Source: Vicugna vicugna (taxonomy: Eukaryota). From it: a DNA stretch of 64,000 bases. This document shows positions 60,541-64,000 of this stretch, in pieces. Location: positions 6,046,953 to 6,110,952 of the forward strand of contig MU062233.1 of NCBI GenBank assembly GCA_013265495.1, written 5' to 3'. Numbering within the stretch: the first letter of the stretch is position 1; each line of letters starts with the position of its first letter. The position numbers and the translations under genes are program-made. The notes under the pieces are model-generated. The model was not told the DNA's origin and did no database searches. It was given only the letters and a program-made list of their open reading frames with translations.

Positions 60541-62678
60541 AGCAAAACACCTCCCCACTGAAATCAATTCTCACAGGGTAATTAATTCTGTGGGTAGGGG
60601 TGCAATGTTTGGGGGTCCATCACCTCGTCCACCCTGGGAGGTCAGGTATAACTGCATGAAATGGTGGCACTTGTCATGGAGATGGTGAGGACCCCAGTCC
60701 TTCTGTGCCATAAACTGACTTGAGCATAAAGGGAGTTGGAAATTCAAAGATTAGAGCTCTTCCCAAGCCCAAACCTTTGGATACTTACACATAAGAAAAT
60801 AAAATTGATTTTGAAAAACTAAGTAATGAAGAATGTAAGGTGATGAGTTATGTGGTAGCTATAATGCATGCTGCCAAATATCACAGAAAAAAGAAACAAT
60901 GCCACATAAAGCCACTGGAGAACATCTCATGAAGGAGGGGGAGCTGGAGTTGGTGTTTGACCGAAGGATAAGAAAAATCTGTTGATAACTTCCTTCTGGC
61001 TCTGACCATTGAGGCAGCTGAACTAAAACAACTTTGAACAATGATCCAGGGAAAATATTCAGAGGGAATGAATTTATGATGTCTTCATTTTAGAGAAGCT
61101 ATGATTTTGGTCTATTCTAGAATATAACAATTTTTGGTTACTTTTTACTTCTAGAAAATAACTAAGAAAAATGCTGAACATTTCCAGCATTTAAAAAAAT
61201 TCCTACCCCAAATACAGCCCACCTTACTGCTCTTTGCTAGATAAACAAATTTTTTCCTCAATTATCTTGCTCTTCTTAATCACATGCATTTTTTAACCTA
61301 GCTATTACTGACAGTCCTCTCCTCCTATTTACTAGAAATGTTTTTAAGTCAATCCCACATCCAATTAGGGGAACTTAGAAAAAGGAAATCCTATAGTAAA
61401 ATGTCACGTGCTTTACAATTTTATGATAAATATATAATCCTTAAGGATGGCAACTTGGCAAACAGAACTGGACCCTCACCCTTGGATTCATGTCAGATTA
61501 CTGGCCTGAAATCGCAGCACGTGCAGGCTGAGGATACACATACATACCCACACACACACACACATACATGAGGGACAATATCCCCACGTTAAAGATACAG
61601 GTTTTCTTTCCCCTTTTCCCATTCTTGCTTCTCCCATAGCTTCCCAGAAATATTTAGGTTTCTGGGGAATACTTCCAGCACACATTGACCAGCAGGGAAG
61701 TTGGCGAGTTCCTATCAGCTGCCCAGACACCCCCTCCGCTGTGATGCTTCCTTCCCGTCAGAAATACTGGAGTCCACGGTTTGAGATAAGTAACTCCTAG
61801 CCTGTCAGCTTTCTCTGAAAAGAAAGCCCTTCCCTGCCAACATAGAGGTCACCTTCCTACTTGTAAGGCATGTGGAAGGTTAGATTTCTTCTCCTTGTTC
61901 TGTTGAAGGAAGCCAAATTCCAAGAAAACCCCAGAGGGATTCCTACACTCACGGAAGTGCCTGACCTGAGGGGCATTCCAGTGAGCTTCCGCTCTGTCCA
62001 TGCAGCTAAGCCTAGAGGAGATGGTCTTTTTCTAAAAGGAGAGCTGTATCCTGCTTTTGTGGGCCTCTGGTGGCCCTCAAGCCCTCTGCTCATCTGTATA
62101 AAATTAGCACATGGGCTTGAGGAGCAGAGAGCCATCACTGGCCAGCTTCTGAAAACTGTTCCTAAATACCTGGTCATATTAGTAGCTAGTGGGGGGGGGG
62201 AGGTCACCTTTCAAGGAAAAAACAGGATGCTAGGGAAAGAGAAAGAAGTGGAGGGACGTGTATGGCTGCTGACTCTGGAATCTTCAAATCTGTTTGGATG
62301 AATCACTACCTATGACTTCCACGACCAGAATCTGATTTGACTAATCATCTGATAGAGACTTTTATTTCTGTCCCCCAACATGTGAAAGCTATCTGACTGT
62401 CAAGTTCAGTGATCACTTAAGCAACAAACAAACAAACAAGCATCTTAGGAACATACTTGTCATCCTCCAGAGGTGCTTGCTGTTTATTGAGTAACTAGAA
62501 AACACTCACTCTGTCACCCACGTGCCCCTTGTCACACAACACTCCCACACAAAAAAAGTGAACTCGCTGTTTGATGAATATAGACTCATGGGTGTTCCCA
62601 GCACATAGGAGTACAGCCAGGTGTGAGTGCTAAGTAGGGCAGAGAACCCCAGGGCTTTCCCTGGCCCGTGGCTGAAAT

Positions 62679-62688
62679 CCTTATTTGG
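62679..62688. promoter_or_regulatory. THBS1: CArG box (SRF serum-response element) of the THBS1 promoter, about -1300
   Basis: CCTTATTTGG fits CC(A/T)6GG; position agrees with the known distal SRE near -1.28 kb in human THBS1. Confidence 0.85.
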
Positions 62689-62763
62689 TAAAGCCACTAA
62701 CTGTGCCCTGAGTCTCAGGGCCAGTCTGATCGTGCGGGATCACAGCAGGGGAAGTGCGGCTGC

Positions 62764-62771
62764 TGACGTCC
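62764..62771 (+). promoter_or_regulatory. THBS1: CRE/ATF-like site at about -1215
   Basis: TGACGTCC, 7/8 match to CRE; position resembles a recalled ATF1 site near -1.2 kb in human THBS1. Confidence 0.55.
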
Positions 62772-63852
62772 CAGACCGAAGAGATGAATGGAATTCCAGG
62801 CAGCTGGAGTCATGCTGGCTTGGGACAGTGGCTTGGACACCAGACTTCCAATGACAGAAGCATTAAGCAGCAGCACTCATGGCAACTGGTTCACCCACAG
62901 AAATGTAACCCGCATCTCGGTTTCGGGAACCGAAAAATGAAAAGAACGTTTAGAGAGAAAAAAAGAAGGGAAATAAAATGATAGGCAGAGAGTAATTTAT
63001 TACTCTATGAGTCTGTTCTGTAAATAGTTCAAGACTCCGGAGCCAGATGGTGCTGCAAATCCTCCAACCAGGAGTCACGTTAAAAGGCACGAGTGGGCAC
63101 AAAAACTGTTTTTCAAGACACAATTTCAATGTTGGCTTCAGGGTACTGGGTAAGAGTAAGTTTCCTTAACATTCCTGACTAGAAAGAAACTGTCCGCTCA
63201 CGTTCCCTTGATCAGAATTCGCATACCGCCCCCAAGCGGCCAGCAGTGGAAGCGCTGCAGCAACTGGTAGAAGCGACTTTCGCGGGGACCCCGGCGGCAG
63301 GCAGCTGCAGAAAGGCCGCTCCGACGCGCCGTGGGAACGCGAGCCCCGCACACGCCCTGCTGGCCGGCGCGACACCGCACTCACCTCCCTCGCGGGGCAG
63401 GCAAGGGGTGAGGGCAAGAGCGCGGCGCGAAGCCGGGCGCGTGGTCCCCACCCCACCGGGATGGATGGATGAGGGTCAACAAGTATCCAAGAGGAAACTC
63501 CTTCAACGACTGGTTTCCTCTTGGTCCCATTGACCCCATCGGGCTAATTTTTTCTGTACAAATGGGCTTAGTCTCTAAGTGTCCACTCCTCAGCGCCGTC
63601 GCACAGGCATTCAAGGGGAGAGGTTTGACTGAAAGCCCCTCTAAGGATCTTGGGTGGGTGGCCAAAGCCCGGTGGGTTCCGGACGCGCACGCAGAGCGCA
63701 TCGACCCGCCCGGCGCCAGAGCCAAAGTGCTGAGCTCGAGAGCGCCAAGGCCGCGTGGGAGGGCACCTATTTTTCTGAGAAGTTCCAGTGCTCCTCGGCC
63801 CGACCCCCGCGGCCCCCCTTCACCTTCTAGCTGGAAAGTTGTGCGCCAGGCA

Positions 63853-63863
63853 GCGGGGGGCGG
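63853..63863 (+). promoter_or_regulatory. THBS1: Overlapping Sp1/EGR1-type GC box
   Basis: GCGGGGGGCGG about 120 bp upstream of the inferred TSS. Confidence 0.7.
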
Positions 63864-63914
63864 AGAGAGGAACCCAGACTGGCCCCCCTCCCGCTTCCTG
63901 CCCGGCCGCCTCTC

Positions 63915-63919
63915 ATTGG
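63915..63919 (-). promoter_or_regulatory. THBS1: Inverted CCAAT box (NF-Y) at about -65
   Basis: CTCATTGGCC; position matches the known THBS1 NF-Y element. Confidence 0.85.
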
Positions 63920-63950
63920 CCAGAGGAAACCCCAGGAATGTGAGCGCCCC

Positions 63951-63957
63951 TTTAAAA
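63951..63957 (+). promoter_or_regulatory. THBS1: TATA-like element TTTAAAA at about -30
   Basis: Only AT run in a GC-rich core, 30 nt before AGCC. Confidence 0.88.
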
Positions 63958-63980
63958 GCGCGCGGCTCCGCCGCCTAGCC

Positions 63981-64000
63981 AGCCACTGCACCCGGGCCGG
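63981..64000 (+). other. THBS1: Start of THBS1 non-coding exon 1 (CDS lies beyond the window)
   Basis: AGCCACTGCACCCGGGCCGG resembles the human mRNA 5' end AGCCGCTGCGCCCGAGCTGG. Confidence 0.8.

Larger units (their letters stand above)
63160..64000 (+). promoter_or_regulatory. THBS1: THBS1 CpG-island promoter
   Basis: Abrupt rise in CpG and GC content; GGAATGTGAGCGCCCCTTTAAAAGCGCGCGGCTCC ... GCCAGCC closely matches the recalled human THBS1 core promoter. Confidence 0.92.

Noticed and set aside
63166-63978. Several overlapping 60-169 aa ORFs on both strands
   Set aside because: GC-rich CpG island depleted of stop codons; THBS1 coding starts in exon 2, outside the window

Overview
Mammalian intergenic DNA, most likely camelid (camel or alpaca), judged from camelid-type tRNA-derived SINEs and L1 3' ends. 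The assembly is a draft with three N gaps, all in or beside repeats. The window is the ~64 kb immediately upstream of THBS1 (thrombospondin-1, + strand). The last ~850 bp are its CpG-island promoter (GC box, inverted CCAAT, TTTAAAA TATA element, first ~20 nt of exon 1), with the serum-response CArG box about 1.3 kb upstream. I find no supportable protein-coding exon; nearly all ORF-track entries are chance frames or decayed transposon frames. The rest is layered repeats (MIR, L2, old L1M, three younger cetartiodactyl/camelid L1 3'-end types, MaLR and ERVL LTRs, an ERVL provirus remnant lacking RT, MER5 and Arthur1 hAT elements) separated by unique stretches with enhancer-like motif clusters. 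Best leads: a promoter-like motif cluster at 11.9-12.4 kb, a splice-bounded minus-strand exon pair at 2.15-2.6 kb, two probable L1 3' transductions, a 16-bp minisatellite and an LTR-borne CArG box identical to the THBS1 one. None is a proven novel system. Repeat subfamily names come from recalled consensus sequences, not a RepeatMasker run, and boundaries of old elements are approximate.
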